Assembly: GCA_964645765.1 (NCBI GenBank)
Contig: CAZYBE010000001.1
Location: 7,456 to 71,455, forward strand
Length of the DNA: 64,000 bases
Source of the DNA: an uncultured Eubacteriales bacterium
Lineage (GTDB): Bacteria > Acidobacteriota > Aminicenantia > Aminicenantales > Aminicenantaceae
Reading direction: 5' to 3'
A program made the position numbers and the translations under genes. Shown piece after piece: positions 10,457 through 20,363 of the stretch. How positions within the stretch are numbered: position 1 is the stretch's first letter; each line of letters opens with the position of its first letter. Below the pieces are notes generated by a model. It was not told the origin of the DNA and did not search any database. It saw only the letters and a list, made by a program, of their open reading frames with translations.

Positions 10457-10635
10457 TTTTTATACCAATCAGTTTTCTTAATGAACTAAGCAGTTTAATT
10501 TTTAAATCTCTAAAATAGCAGGTTCCCTCCCCCAAGTCAAGAGTTTACATTTTAAGATTTTATAACAATCTTTTCAAGTCCAATTTTTCCATCTGGAATT
10601 GTTTATCATTTTATTTTATATTTAATATTGAGCTC

Positions 10636-11364
10636 ATGGCTAAAAAACTCTTTTTTATTTTTCTGGCTTTCCTCGTCTTCTTGCCTTTGCTTCCGGCTCG
10701 CAATTCCTTTTTCTTCTCCTCATCGGACCAGGCGATTCCTCTCTGGTGGGAAATTAAAATCCTTCTTGTCTCTGATGGAGACTATAAAGTCAACGAAGGA
10801 AAATCATCCTATTTTGGCCGCTATTCTTTTACCATTATCTGGACAGGCTGCATGGAAAAAAACGAGGATGACTTTATCCTTTATTACGAAAATTCAGAAC
10901 TTGTTAGATTTGCCGCTGAAGAAAGGGCCATGTTTCCCGACTCTGTTCGAATCCTGTCCACAGAGGAGTTCCTGGATAAGCCTTCCTTCAATCTCAATTA
11001 CATCTTGAGAAAAGGCGAGAGCCTTTACTTTGACTTCGTCGTCAACGGCTTTCTCACTCCTCAGAACAATTCCCAGAATAAATTCTACCTCAACCTTCCT
11101 TCCTCTGAAGAAAACGCCCTCCACTCGCCGGAAATCAATTACGACTCATTTGTCAGCAAAGGCTCCAATCATATTTTTCTCGTTGAAAAAGATATTTATT
11201 CAGATTCGGTGGAAAAGAAGTCTTCGTGGGAGTGGAAGTATCAGAAATGGCATAACATTCAGGATAATCCTGTCTTCTTTTCCAATAGCCATGAGGTCAA
11301 GGTCGAAGTCTCAGTCAGGCCTCATTTTTCAAAAGGAGCCCGCAACGTTCAGGCGCGGGGGTGA
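10636..11364 (+). CDS. Secreted hypothetical protein
   Basis: Signal peptide 'MAKKLFFIFLAFLVFLPLLPA'. No recognisable domain. Confidence 0.5.
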   Translation: MAKKLFFIFLAFLVFLPLLPARNSFFFSSSDQAIPLWWEIKILLVSDGDYKVNEGKSSYFGRYSFTIIWTGCMEKNEDDFILYYENSELVRFAAEERAMFPDSVRILSTEEFLDKPSFNLNYILRKGESLYFDFVVNGFLTPQNNSQNKFYLNLPSSEENALHSPEINYDSFVSKGSNHIFLVEKDIYSDSVEKKSSWEWKYQKWHNIQDNPVFFSNSHEVKVEVSVRPHFSKGARNVQARG

Positions 11365-12248
11365 TATTTGTCGTAAAGATGGCGAATCCTCTGCCGGCTG
11401 ACATGAGTATAGATTTGAGTGGTGGTGATCTGGCTGTGACCGAGCATCAACTGCACAGACCTCAGGTCAGCCCCTCTCTCCAGAAGATGGGTGGCAAAGG
11501 AATGGCGAAGGATGTGGGGGCTGATTTTTGGCCCCAACCCTGCCTTCCTGGCATAAGCTCTTAAAAGCTTCCAGAAACCCTGTCGGGTGAAAACCTTTCC
11601 TCTGGACGTTAGGAAGAGGAACTCGCTTGGCCTCTTTAAAAGCCTGGGCCGGGCTTTGCCAAGGTAGCTGCGCACGGCGCTCGAAGCAGATTTTCCGATA
11701 GGGATGATTCTCTGCTTTCCTCCCTTGCCCATGCAGAGAAGAAATCTGTCGTCAAGGTTTAAGTCTTCAGGCTTCAAGGTCAAGAGCTCCGTGACCCTCA
11801 ATCCTGCGGCATAGATAAGCTCCAGCATAGCCTTATCCCTCGTTCCACGCAAATCCCTCTCGTCTGGCTGGTTGAGAAGGGTTTCGACCTCCTCCACTGT
11901 CAAAAATTTGGGCAGAGAAAACCAGCTCTTTGGATAAGAAAGATTCGCAGCCGGATTTCTCTTGACCGCGCCCTCTCGAACCAAAAATTTGTAAAAGCTT
12001 TTCAGAGAGGAAATGAGCCTGGCCAGGGAACGGGATGAAAGCCCGGTCCGGCTCTGAAGGTGGATGAATTTTATCAAATCTTCTTCTCCCGCCTTTAACC
12101 AGGGTTTTTTTCCTTTTTGCAAGAAAAGAAAAAGCTTCTTCAAATCTTGGGAGTAGGAAAGAAGGGTATTCGAAGAGAGGCCTTTTTCCACGGACAAAAA
12201 TTCAAGGAAGACCCGAAGGGCATGCTCAGCTCGAGAAAGATTGTTCAT
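11349..12248 (-). CDS. Tyrosine site-specific recombinase XerC/XerD
   Basis: C-terminal catalytic motif 'HILRHSFATHLLERGADLRSVQLMLGHSQITTTQIYTHV', and 299 aa is the typical XerCD size. Confidence 0.9.
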   Translation of the reverse strand: MNNLSRAEHALRVFLEFLSVEKGLSSNTLLSYSQDLKKLFLFLQKGKKPWLKAGEEDLIKFIHLQSRTGLSSRSLARLISSLKSFYKFLVREGAVKRNPAANLSYPKSWFSLPKFLTVEEVETLLNQPDERDLRGTRDKAMLELIYAAGLRVTELLTLKPEDLNLDDRFLLCMGKGGKQRIIPIGKSASSAVRSYLGKARPRLLKRPSEFLFLTSRGKVFTRQGFWKLLRAYARKAGLGPKISPHILRHSFATHLLERGADLRSVQLMLGHSQITTTQIYTHVSRQRIRHLYDKYHPRA

Positions 12249-12865
12249 GTGATAAAAGGATTTGAGCTTTTTTCCTGCCCGACTGTTGTCGAAGGGCCAT
12301 GCCCGGGGAGGATAATCGTCTCATCGGGCAAGGTCAGGATTTTATTCTTTATAGAATTCTCCAGCTCTTTCCAAGAGCCGCCTGGAAAATCAGTCCGCCC
12401 CACTCCACCCGAAAAAAGAGTGTCGCCGGAAAGGATAAATCCGTCTCCCAAGAAGCTGACACTTCCTGGAGAGTGGCCGGGAGTGTGGATGACTTCTAAA
12501 AAAGACTTCCCGATCCTTATCTTATCGCCTTCTTTGAGCAGACGATCTGGAGCAGGGGAATCCTTGGCCTCGAGAAAAAGGGCAAGCTCTGAGTGTTGCG
12601 ATTTTTCCAGCATGGGCTTGTCGGCAGAATGGATGCAGAGAGGGATGTTGAACCTTTCCTTGATATCACGGTTTGCGCCGACATGGTCCACATGGCCGTG
12701 AGTGTTGAGGACAATAACGGGTTTAAGGCCTTTCTTAGTGATCAAGCGGAAAATCTCTTCTGGTTCAGCTCCGGGGTCAACAACAGCACATTCCATAGTT
12801 TCCGGACAATAAACAAGGTAGCAATTGGTTTCCAGAGCGCCGACAACCAAAGTTTCGTATTTCAT
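12245..12865 (-). CDS. MBL-fold metallo-hydrolase (glyoxalase II-like)
   Basis: 'LNTHGHVDHVGAN' HxHxDH zinc motif; 206 aa. Confidence 0.85.
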   Translation of the reverse strand: MKYETLVVGALETNCYLVYCPETMECAVVDPGAEPEEIFRLITKKGLKPVIVLNTHGHVDHVGANRDIKERFNIPLCIHSADKPMLEKSQHSELALFLEAKDSPAPDRLLKEGDKIRIGKSFLEVIHTPGHSPGSVSFLGDGFILSGDTLFSGGVGRTDFPGGSWKELENSIKNKILTLPDETIILPGHGPSTTVGQEKSSNPFIT

Positions 12866-13051
12866 TTTTTTAAATATAAATCTATCCTTATCCTCGAGTC
12901 AAGAAATCACCGTTGTCTTGTCTTTTCGTCCAAAAAAAAATATAATCCAGCCTAATCAATGGAAAAGCTCAAGAAATATTAAACGACAATATGTTTTTGA
13001 AAAAAAGAAAATCTGAACTCTCCAAAGATATTCATTGCTGAAGTCTGAAGA

Positions 13052-14515
13052 ATGGAGCTGAGAAAAAAAATAGGCTTTTTCCTCGGTCCCCTGCTGTTTT
13101 TTTTGACTTATATCTCTCCTCTCCTTCCCCACCATCCTAAAGCCCGCAGCCTTCTGGCTGTTTTTCTTCTGGTTGTGGTCTGGTGGGTTACAGAATGTAT
13201 CCCCATTCCTGTCACCGCCTTGCTCATCCCTGTCTTTATCACAGCCTTCGGCATAGCATCGGCCAACGAGGCCTTTGCTCCTTTCGCCAATCCGATTATC
13301 ATGCTTTTCTTGGGGAGTTTTATTCTGGCAAGGGGAATGAGTGTCCATGCTCTCGACCGGAAATTGGCCTACTCCATTCTCTCTCTGAAGCCCATCGGGC
13401 ACAGGAAAACCAGAATCCTCTTCGCTCTGGGCTTGACCACGGCTTTTATCTCGATGTGGGTCAGCAACACCGCCACCACGGCCATGATGTATCCCATCGC
13501 CCTCGGCATCCTGAGCACATTTAACTCTGAAAAAAAAGAAAATTCTTCTTTCGGCCTTGTCCTCCTGCTCGCGAGCGCTTATGCTGCTTCGATTGGCGGA
13601 ATCGGCACGCCTGTCGGAAGTCCGCCTAACCTCATCGCCCTCGGCATGCTGGAAAAACTGGCTTCATTCAAGATTACTTTTTTCCAGTGGACACTCATCG
13701 GTCTTTTAATTCTCATCCCCATGTATCTCGCTCTTTTTCTAATCTTGAGATTCAGGCTGAGAAAGGAAAAAGATTCAAAAGAGACTCAAACAACTTTTTC
13801 GCCTGAATACGAAAAGGCTCAAAAGGGACTCACCAGACCCCAGCAGAATGTTCTCATCGCTTTCTGTGTCACTGTTGCGCTCTGGATTCTCCCTGGCCTT
13901 GTTTCTATCATTCTGGGAAGAGACTCTTCTCTTTCCCTCTGGCTTGAAAAGCACTTCCCAGAATCTGTGGTGGCCATCATCGGCGCAGGCCTTCTCTTTA
14001 TCCTTCCAGTTGACCTCAAGCGCGGCCAATTCACACTCTCTCTTAAGGAAGCCTTGAAGGTCGACTGGGGAACACTTCTCCTCTTCGGGGGAGGCCTGTC
14101 CTTGGGAATGCAGATGTTTGAAACCGGCCTGGCTGACGCCATGGGCAGATTCTTTATCTCCTCGGGTGGAAGCTCGGCCAGCCTCTCCTTGATCACCCTT
14201 GTCTCTGTGGTATTCAGCGTTTGTCTTACCGAAGTGGCCTCCAACACAGCGGCGGCCAACATGATCATCCCGGTTGTCATCGCCATCTCCAAGGCTGCCT
14301 CGGTGAATCCCCTGCCTCCTGTCATAGGCAGCGCTATTGGCTGCAGCTTTGCCTTCATGCTTCCTGTTTCAACTCCACCCAACGCTATTATTTACGGCTC
14401 TGGGCTGGTTCCTTTGACCAAGATGGTCAACTATGGCTTTTGGCTGGAAATCACTGGAATCATCATCATCTGGGTCGGTGTCAGGTTTGTTGCTCCATTC
14501 TTAGGATTGATTTAA
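13052..14515 (+). CDS. DASS/SLC13-family anion:sodium symporter
   Basis: 487 aa polytopic membrane protein with the repeated 'SNTAT/SNTAAA' hairpin motifs characteristic of the divalent anion:Na+ symporter family. Confidence 0.8.
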   Translation: MELRKKIGFFLGPLLFFLTYISPLLPHHPKARSLLAVFLLVVVWWVTECIPIPVTALLIPVFITAFGIASANEAFAPFANPIIMLFLGSFILARGMSVHALDRKLAYSILSLKPIGHRKTRILFALGLTTAFISMWVSNTATTAMMYPIALGILSTFNSEKKENSSFGLVLLLASAYAASIGGIGTPVGSPPNLIALGMLEKLASFKITFFQWTLIGLLILIPMYLALFLILRFRLRKEKDSKETQTTFSPEYEKAQKGLTRPQQNVLIAFCVTVALWILPGLVSIILGRDSSLSLWLEKHFPESVVAIIGAGLLFILPVDLKRGQFTLSLKEALKVDWGTLLLFGGGLSLGMQMFETGLADAMGRFFISSGGSSASLSLITLVSVVFSVCLTEVASNTAAANMIIPVVIAISKAASVNPLPPVIGSAIGCSFAFMLPVSTPPNAIIYGSGLVPLTKMVNYGFWLEITGIIIIWVGVRFVAPFLGLI

Positions 14516-14534
14516 CTCGTCACCCACATCACTA

Positions 14535-14555
14535 GGGTCAGGCTAAGCCTGACCC
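14535..14555. repeat. 21-bp perfect palindrome gggtcaggctAagcctgaccc (fused family-1 terminal inverted repeats; solo-TIR footprint)
   Basis: 10-bp arms identical to the TIR of the 26840..26961 element, joined head-to-head immediately after the DASS stop codon. Confidence 0.6.
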
Positions 14556-14612
14556 TCTCCTATCCCACTTTTTTATTTTATCAGCATTCAAGTTTTGATA
14601 TAATCAATTCTA

Positions 14613-14999
14613 ATGAACGCCCTCATCTCACACGAGGCATTCCAAGCATTCAAGGCTCTCAACCTCATATCTGCGAATTATAAGCCTGACGGACTGCTCA
14701 TTGGACACAAGAGAGGCCAAAGCTTTTTTGTCGAGAAAATTTTTCCCACTCTTTCTGGCTTTTTCACCTCGCTTGAAAATTATCAGGAGCTCGACCAGCT
14801 CTTCAAAGAAAAAATTATAGGTTTTTTTTCTTTCAAACGAGATGAAAGAAAAGTCAAAAAGGTTCTTGTCCCGTTTGCCTGCGGCAAGCTCTTTTTCAAG
14901 CTCGCCTCTAGAGGGAAAAAAATGATGAGCATCAAACCTTTTGTCATAGATTATGAAAAAAAATTTTTTCTAAAGCCAATCCAGAAAAAAATCCTATAA
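14613..14999 (+). CDS. Hypothetical protein (Lys-rich, 128 aa), first gene of the hyp-AMMECR1-S8 peptidase operon
   Basis: ORF is tightly spaced with the downstream AMMECR1 gene. No recognisable motif. Confidence 0.45.
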   Translation: MNALISHEAFQAFKALNLISANYKPDGLLIGHKRGQSFFVEKIFPTLSGFFTSLENYQELDQLFKEKIIGFFSFKRDERKVKKVLVPFACGKLFFKLASRGKKMMSIKPFVIDYEKKFFLKPIQKKIL

Positions 15000-15011
15000 A
15001 AAGAGATAATC

Positions 15012-15557
15012 ATGGAGAATCTTCTTAACAAAGGCCAGCAAAAATTACTCCTTGGCTTAGCTCGAAAAGCCATTGGGCATTACTTGAAAACAGGAAAAAC
15101 ACTTAAGGTCAAGACAGAAGATGAGGAGCTGAAGAGAAAAAAGGGAGCGTTCGTCACTCTCAAAGCCAACGAGCAACTTCGAGGCTGTATCGGATATCCC
15201 CTTCCTTACAAACCTTTATACGAGACAATTATCGACTCTGCCATCTCGGCCGCGACTCAGGATTTCCGCTTCGAGCCTCTATCCTTGGAGGAACTCCCGG
15301 AGATAAAAATTGAGATATCTGTGCTCAGCCTTCCCCAGCTCATCAAGGATATCAAGCAGGTCGAAGTCGGAAAGCATGGCATCATCGTTTCTAAAGGCCC
15401 CTGCCGAGGACTCCTGCTCCCCCAGGTGCCCGTGGAGTGGAACTGGGACCTGGAGACCTATCTCTGCCATGGATGTTTGAAAGCCGGACTGGATGAAGAC
15501 GAATGGAAGAAAGGAGCGCAGGTCGAAATCTTCTCGGCCCAAGTTTTTTCAGAGTAA
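15012..15557 (+). CDS. AMMECR1 domain protein
   Basis: 'GAFVTLKANEQLRGCIGYPLP' conserved AMMECR1 core with the invariant Cys; 181 aa. Confidence 0.8.
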   Translation: MENLLNKGQQKLLLGLARKAIGHYLKTGKTLKVKTEDEELKRKKGAFVTLKANEQLRGCIGYPLPYKPLYETIIDSAISAATQDFRFEPLSLEELPEIKIEISVLSLPQLIKDIKQVEVGKHGIIVSKGPCRGLLLPQVPVEWNWDLETYLCHGCLKAGLDEDEWKKGAQVEIFSAQVFSE

Positions 15558-15560
15558 GAA

Positions 15561-17492
15561 TTGAAAGCAAGGAGAATAGAACAAATCAGAAAATTTCTTT
15601 TCCTCAGCTTCACTCTTCTCTTTCTCCTCCTGCTCCAGGGAGAAAGCGGGGGGACTTTTCATCAGAGTCCTGGAATCCAGCAGAGGCAAAAAGACACCCT
15701 TTCAATCCGCCAGGAGGAAAAAAAGAACCCAGAGCGAAGGCAGCTTCGAGAGAACAAACTCAGCCAGAGGCTCAAGAATAAGCTTTCAGCCTGCCAGGAA
15801 AGCGACGCCGTCTTCAAAATATGGGTTTATTTCAAAGATAAAGGAATATTCTCTCAGTCAGCGCAAGGAAAAAAATTGGCAGAAATCCGCCAGAGCTTGG
15901 ACTGGCACTGCCGCTGGCGCCGCCTGAAAGTCCTCTCAGAAAGAAATATCGTTGATGAAGCGGATATTCCGCTTTTTTCATCTTATACAAAAAAAGTTGA
16001 ATCTCTGGCCAGACGGGTGAGGGCTCCCTCTCGCTGGCTCAATGCCCTGAGCGTCGAGGCTTGTCCCTCAGAAATCCAGGCCCTTTCCCAGCTTGAATTT
16101 GTGAGCAAAATCGACCTTGTCGCCTCATTCCAGCGCCACGAGCCTCTTTCTCCTTGCCCAGCAGACTCGGCTGAGCGAGAGCCAAGCAACCCGAACATCA
16201 ACTACGGCCGATCGTTTCTCCAGCTTGACCAGATCAATGTTCCCTACCTTCACCAGCTTGGCTACAGCGGAAGCGGTGTCCTGGTCTGCATGCTGGACGC
16301 AGGGTTCAGGAAAAGCCATGAAGTCTTCAGCAACGCGCACCTCGTCTCGGAATGGGACTTTGTCAACAATGACAACGATGTCCAGCAAAACCTTCTTGAC
16401 CCTAATGATTATTCCGACTCTCATGGAACCGCAACCTGGTCGCTGCTGGGAGGACATAAATTCGGCGAGCTCGTCGGACCTGCCTACGGAGCTGATTTTC
16501 TTCTGGCAAAAACAGAAACCGACAGATTCGAAAAGCCGATAGAGGAAGATTACTGGGTGGCTGGTATCGAATGGGCTGAGCGACTCGGCGCTGAAGTTGT
16601 CTCCTCTTCCCTGGGATACATAGACTGGTATACCTTTCAGGATATGGATGGAGGGACGGCTGTGACCACCAAGGCTGCCAACAGGGCTGCAACCCTGGGA
16701 GTGGTCGTGGTCAATGCTGCCGGGAATGAGCGGGGTAGCGCCTGGGGCCATATCATCGCTCCTGCGGATGGCTTTGACGTTATTGCTGTTGGGGCTGTGG
16801 ACTCTTCCGGCAAAATCTCCTCTTTCAGCTCACCAGGCCCGACATACGACGGCAGGACCAAGCCTGAGGTCTGCGCCTTAGGCGTTAACAACTGGATTGC
16901 GGGCAACAGGTCGGACGGCACAAGCACTTACGGCACAGGCTCTGGAACATCCTTCTCCACTCCCTTAGTGGCTGGCGTTGCAGCCTTGCTTCTTGAAATC
17001 CACCGCGACTGGACACCAGCTCAGGTACGCTCTGCCCTGCTCAGCTCTGCAAGCCGCAGCTCAAATCCTGATAACGACTACGGCTGGGGAATTGTCAATG
17101 CGGCTTCAGCCGCTAACATGGACCTTGCCCTGCTCAAGCTCCAGTCCACAGCTATCGATGATGATTCATCAGGCGCCAGCCTCGGCAACGGCAATGGACA
17201 AGTTGAAGCTGGAGAAACCATCGAGCTTCGTGTCAGCCTTGAAAATGAAGGCACGGCTACGGCTTATTCCCTTGAAGGGACTTTGAGTGCAACCAATCCT
17301 GAGGTGGTGATTGCCCATTCGAAGGTTGCATTCCCAGACCTTCCTCCTCTTTCCAGCCGATCAGCTCTTGAGCCCTTTGTGATAAGAATCCCGGCATATT
17401 ACCTTGGACATCATCTTGTCTTCCGCCTTCAAGCCAAAGGGCCAAACAGTCTGACTTTGTATGAAGCTATCAGAATTCCTATTACCCGCTGA
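15561..17492 (+). CDS. Secreted S8 family (subtilisin-like) serine peptidase
   Basis: Signal peptide; catalytic Asp ('VLVCMLDAGF'), His ('DSHGTATWSLLGG') and Ser ('GTSFSTPLVAGVAALL') motifs. Confidence 0.9.
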   Translation: MKARRIEQIRKFLFLSFTLLFLLLLQGESGGTFHQSPGIQQRQKDTLSIRQEEKKNPERRQLRENKLSQRLKNKLSACQESDAVFKIWVYFKDKGIFSQSAQGKKLAEIRQSLDWHCRWRRLKVLSERNIVDEADIPLFSSYTKKVESLARRVRAPSRWLNALSVEACPSEIQALSQLEFVSKIDLVASFQRHEPLSPCPADSAEREPSNPNINYGRSFLQLDQINVPYLHQLGYSGSGVLVCMLDAGFRKSHEVFSNAHLVSEWDFVNNDNDVQQNLLDPNDYSDSHGTATWSLLGGHKFGELVGPAYGADFLLAKTETDRFEKPIEEDYWVAGIEWAERLGAEVVSSSLGYIDWYTFQDMDGGTAVTTKAANRAATLGVVVVNAAGNERGSAWGHIIAPADGFDVIAVGAVDSSGKISSFSSPGPTYDGRTKPEVCALGVNNWIAGNRSDGTSTYGTGSGTSFSTPLVAGVAALLLEIHRDWTPAQVRSALLSSASRSSNPDNDYGWGIVNAASAANMDLALLKLQSTAIDDDSSGASLGNGNGQVEAGETIELRVSLENEGTATAYSLEGTLSATNPEVVIAHSKVAFPDLPPLSSRSALEPFVIRIPAYYLGHHLVFRLQAKGPNSLTLYEAIRIPITR

Positions 17493-17498
17493 AAAAAA

Positions 17499-17555
17499 GC
17501 AGCGTGCTCCGAACCTCCAAACCCTCACCCAAATCTCGGAATGAGGGATGCTTCC
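17499..17555. repeat. 57-bp terminal fragment of a family-1 (B-subtype) repeat
   Basis: Near-identical to the right end of the 21848..22132 element (gcagcgtgctccgaacctccaaaccctcaccca...gg(g)atgcttcc). Lies between two convergent genes. Confidence 0.7.
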
Positions 17556-17557
17556 AT

Positions 17558-18556
17558 TCAAAGATAAATTCTTATCCCGGCTCTTATCGAAAACCCATTT
17601 AAATTAATCCTTGCCGGCCTTGCCTCAGCATAAGGAGAAGACGGCTCTTGGGAGGAAAAGAAAAACCGGGAATATGATTTCCCGGTCTCTTCGCTTCGGA
17701 AATCAACCATCCACAGCTTTCCCTTATCACTTATTTTTTCGGAGCCTGAATCAGAAAGAGACCCCCAGTACCCCCAGGTATGACTCCACTCGTATTCTTC
17801 ACTTTTACTGCCGCTCCAATCGCTCGAGTCGACCATTCTTGCTTGAGCTTCGAGGAGGAAATGAAATCTCTTGCCAATTTTTATTTCCAGGCCTCCTTTT
17901 GCCTGGAGGCCAAAAGCCTTAGAGCTAGTTTTTTCAGAATATATTCCTGAAGAAAAGTAGTTGTCGATAAATTCAACCAGGGAGCCGTTTAGATTATTCT
18001 GGTCCTTGTACTCAAAATGGTAATCAAACTCTTCTTTATAATTTAATCTGGCCCAGTAATAGCCGCCGCCGCATCCAAGGAAAAAATTCACCCCGCGCCC
18101 AAAAGGAAAAGAATAATAGAAGGTCAGGATCAGCGGAATGCTCTGCAGTCTGTATCTTGGCTTCTGGAAGGATTGCTCATCGAGAAAAACGGTGCCGAAA
18201 TCCTGGGCCGAATGAAAATAGTCCTCCTCCGTGCTCAGGTGAAAAGAAACACTTCCTTGAGCATCACCGGATAGAAACTCCAATCCCAGTGCAAGAGAGA
18301 TACGAGGGGAAAAAGCGTATACGACCTCTGCTTGCAAGCTCCAGAGGCCATGCAGCTTTTTCAGGTCGCACTCCAGAGAATAAGGGCTCTGGTAATAATC
18401 TTCAATGTAGCTTTTCCAACCCTGGATATTCCGGTTTAAGTCTCCGCCATCAATCCAGCTCCCGCCTGGACAAAGCCTGAAGCTGAGCGGTGAGGCCCCG
18501 GCATTCAAGGAAAAAAGAAGAATTCCCAAAAGCAGGTTGAATATTTTTCCCTTCAT
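17558..18556 (-). CDS. Hypothetical outer-membrane beta-barrel-like protein
   Basis: Start moved to the MKGKIFNLLLGILLFSLNAGA signal peptide, because the upstream part of the ORF lies inside a repeat. Alternating amphipathic Tyr/Gly-rich strands. Confidence 0.5.
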   Translation of the reverse strand: MKGKIFNLLLGILLFSLNAGASPLSFRLCPGGSWIDGGDLNRNIQGWKSYIEDYYQSPYSLECDLKKLHGLWSLQAEVVYAFSPRISLALGLEFLSGDAQGSVSFHLSTEEDYFHSAQDFGTVFLDEQSFQKPRYRLQSIPLILTFYYSFPFGRGVNFFLGCGGGYYWARLNYKEEFDYHFEYKDQNNLNGSLVEFIDNYFSSGIYSEKTSSKAFGLQAKGGLEIKIGKRFHFLLEAQARMVDSSDWSGSKSEEYEWSHTWGYWGSLSDSGSEKISDKGKLWMVDFRSEETGKSYSRFFFSSQEPSSPYAEARPARINLNGFSIRAGIRIYL

Positions 18557-18611
18557 TCTGGACAAAGTCAAGGCTGCGGATTTACTGCGTTGCCAACTCA
18601 AAGATATTAAG

Positions 18612-18845
18612 GGATCAGGCTGGGTGGTGAGAAAACCGTTTGAATAGCTCAGACAGCGTGGCTCGTCAGCACGCCGCTTTTGCCCCAGCGAGTCAAAAGC
18701 GGCTTGGTTCAAGGCTTCGCTCTCCTCTCCCTTCGGTTGAGGAACCATGCCCACTCAGCCTTTCACACGGCCTTCTCGCCACTCTGCCTTCGCCTTCTCT
18801 GTTTAATGCAAAGCCTGCGTGTTTTCAAACCACCCAGCCTGATCC
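18612..18845. repeat. Family-1 structured intergenic repeat, full-length copy A (234 bp, MITE-like)
   Basis: Terminal inverted repeats ggatcaggctgggtgg / ccacccagcctgatcc. Internal conserved hairpin gccgcttttgccccagcgagtcaaaagcggc and core ggcttcgctctcctctcccttcgg..gaggaaccatgcccactcagcc. Confidence 0.85.
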
Positions 18846-18851
18846 ATAATT

Positions 18852-19607
18852 TTAACTCTTCTTCTCGAACTCTTTTCCCTTGAGCATCTCCTGGGCCTGA
18901 GCTTTACAATCATCAACGCCAGAAAACCAACGAGAGTCAGAGGGCATGTTCAAAACGAATTCCAGTTCCTCCCTCGCTTTATCCACCTGCTTGAGCTCGA
19001 GATAGGTATCGGCCAAATAGATTCGAGTCACCGGGTCGTTTGGACCAAACTCCTTGGACTTGAGAAGATGCTCGAGCGACTTTTTATTATCTCCGCCGGC
19101 AAATCCTGGCAGCTTGAAATAGACTCTTCCCAGCACCCTGTCCGGACCTCCATCCTCGTAGGACCGTTCGATCTCGATGACCTTGTTCATCGCTTCCTTT
19201 ATGTCGTCGACTAAGAACAGGCTTTTTAAAACGCCTCTCGCCTCTCCATAGACTCCATAAACCACGCCGAGCCAGTAATAACCATCCGGCCTGTTGGGCT
19301 TCGATTCCACTGCCTTCTTGCCGTAATAGATTCCCTGTTCGAAAATTATCTTTTTATCCTTGTTTTTTTCTGTGTGAGACCCGATGTAATAGTGCATCCT
19401 GGCAATCTTCCAGTAGGCGTCATACTTATCATCGATTTTGAGAAGAGCGTCCATGTACTTTGATAAAGCTTCCCGGGCTGTGGCCATATCCTTCATCTCG
19501 GCATAGAGCGCATCGGCTTGGGCAATCAGCTCCTTGGCATCCTGACAGAAGAGAGAAAGAGAAATAGAAAAAAAGATAAAAACCAGAAAAAATATTTTTC
19601 CTCTCAT
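18852..19607 (-). CDS. TPR-like secreted/lipo-protein
   Basis: Start set at MRGKIFFLVFIFFSISLSLFC (signal peptide) with a GGAG SD. Helical repeat composition. Confidence 0.55.
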   Translation of the reverse strand: MRGKIFFLVFIFFSISLSLFCQDAKELIAQADALYAEMKDMATAREALSKYMDALLKIDDKYDAYWKIARMHYYIGSHTEKNKDKKIIFEQGIYYGKKAVESKPNRPDGYYWLGVVYGVYGEARGVLKSLFLVDDIKEAMNKVIEIERSYEDGGPDRVLGRVYFKLPGFAGGDNKKSLEHLLKSKEFGPNDPVTRIYLADTYLELKQVDKAREELEFVLNMPSDSRWFSGVDDCKAQAQEMLKGKEFEKKS

Positions 19608-19665
19608 CGGTACTCCTTTTTTCGAGTATATATAGCATATTTTTCCCGTCAAGGACAATAAGAAG

Positions 19666-20325
19666 CTACCCATAAAAACTGTCCGCCCTCTCATCCAGCT
19701 CGACCAAATAACGCTCAATCGTGCGGCGCAACGCCTCCAGCTCATCCTCGCTCAAGTCAGGAGGAACGGTAAAATGCTCTCCATAGATGGCAACCACTTT
19801 AGAAAACGGATAAAACATTAAGAATTTATCCCAGCTCTTCAAAAACTTTTTTTTGGAGGTCGAGAAGGTGAAAGGGACGAGAACAGCCCCACTCTCCTGG
19901 GCAAGCTTTATTCCCCCAAGCTTCATCTCCCGATTAGGCCCTCGAGGACCGTCAGGAACGATTATCAGCTCCCCTCCGCTCTGAAGCTCTTTTATCATCT
20001 CGCTCCAGGCTTTAATGATGGCATGAGAGCCTGAGCCCCTTAGAATCTTGTACCCCCACCTGAACATGACTTGGGCGGCTATCTCTCCATCCTTGCTGGG
20101 GCTGATGAGAGGCATAATTCCTCTGCGGCGAAAAAAATAAGGGACGATAAAAATCCGTCCGTGCCAGACCAAAAAAATTACAGGCTTCCCTTCTTCTCTC
20201 AATCTCTTGTAGTCTTCTTCTCCGACGATTTTCATCCGTGTGGATTTCGCCCACAGCCACAAAACCATTTTCCCCAAGGCGCCGACGAACTTCCAGCGTA
20301 GATTCTCGAGAAAAGACATCGGCAA
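19666..20325 (-). CDS. DUF374 / lysophospholipid acyltransferase-family protein
   Basis: 'VIFLVWHGRIFIVPYFF...PSKDGEIAA' matches the DUF374 (LPLAT superfamily) core. Confidence 0.7.
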   Translation of the reverse strand: MPMSFLENLRWKFVGALGKMVLWLWAKSTRMKIVGEEDYKRLREEGKPVIFLVWHGRIFIVPYFFRRRGIMPLISPSKDGEIAAQVMFRWGYKILRGSGSHAIIKAWSEMIKELQSGGELIIVPDGPRGPNREMKLGGIKLAQESGAVLVPFTFSTSKKKFLKSWDKFLMFYPFSKVVAIYGEHFTVPPDLSEDELEALRRTIERYLVELDERADSFYG

Positions 20326-20363
20326 AAATCATACATCAAATAAAGGGGACAGGCTACTTTTTT

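Noticed and set aside
11349-12248. XerC/D recombinase as a phage or integrative-element integrase marking an island
   Set aside because: Sequence and length match housekeeping XerC/D. There is no adjacent attachment-site tRNA, excisionase or phage genes, and the flanking genes are ordinary.
12117-12955. ORFs of 120-194 aa overlapping xerD and the MBL-hydrolase gene on the opposite strand
   Set aside because: Antisense to strongly supported genes. Typical spurious long frames in roughly 50% GC DNA.
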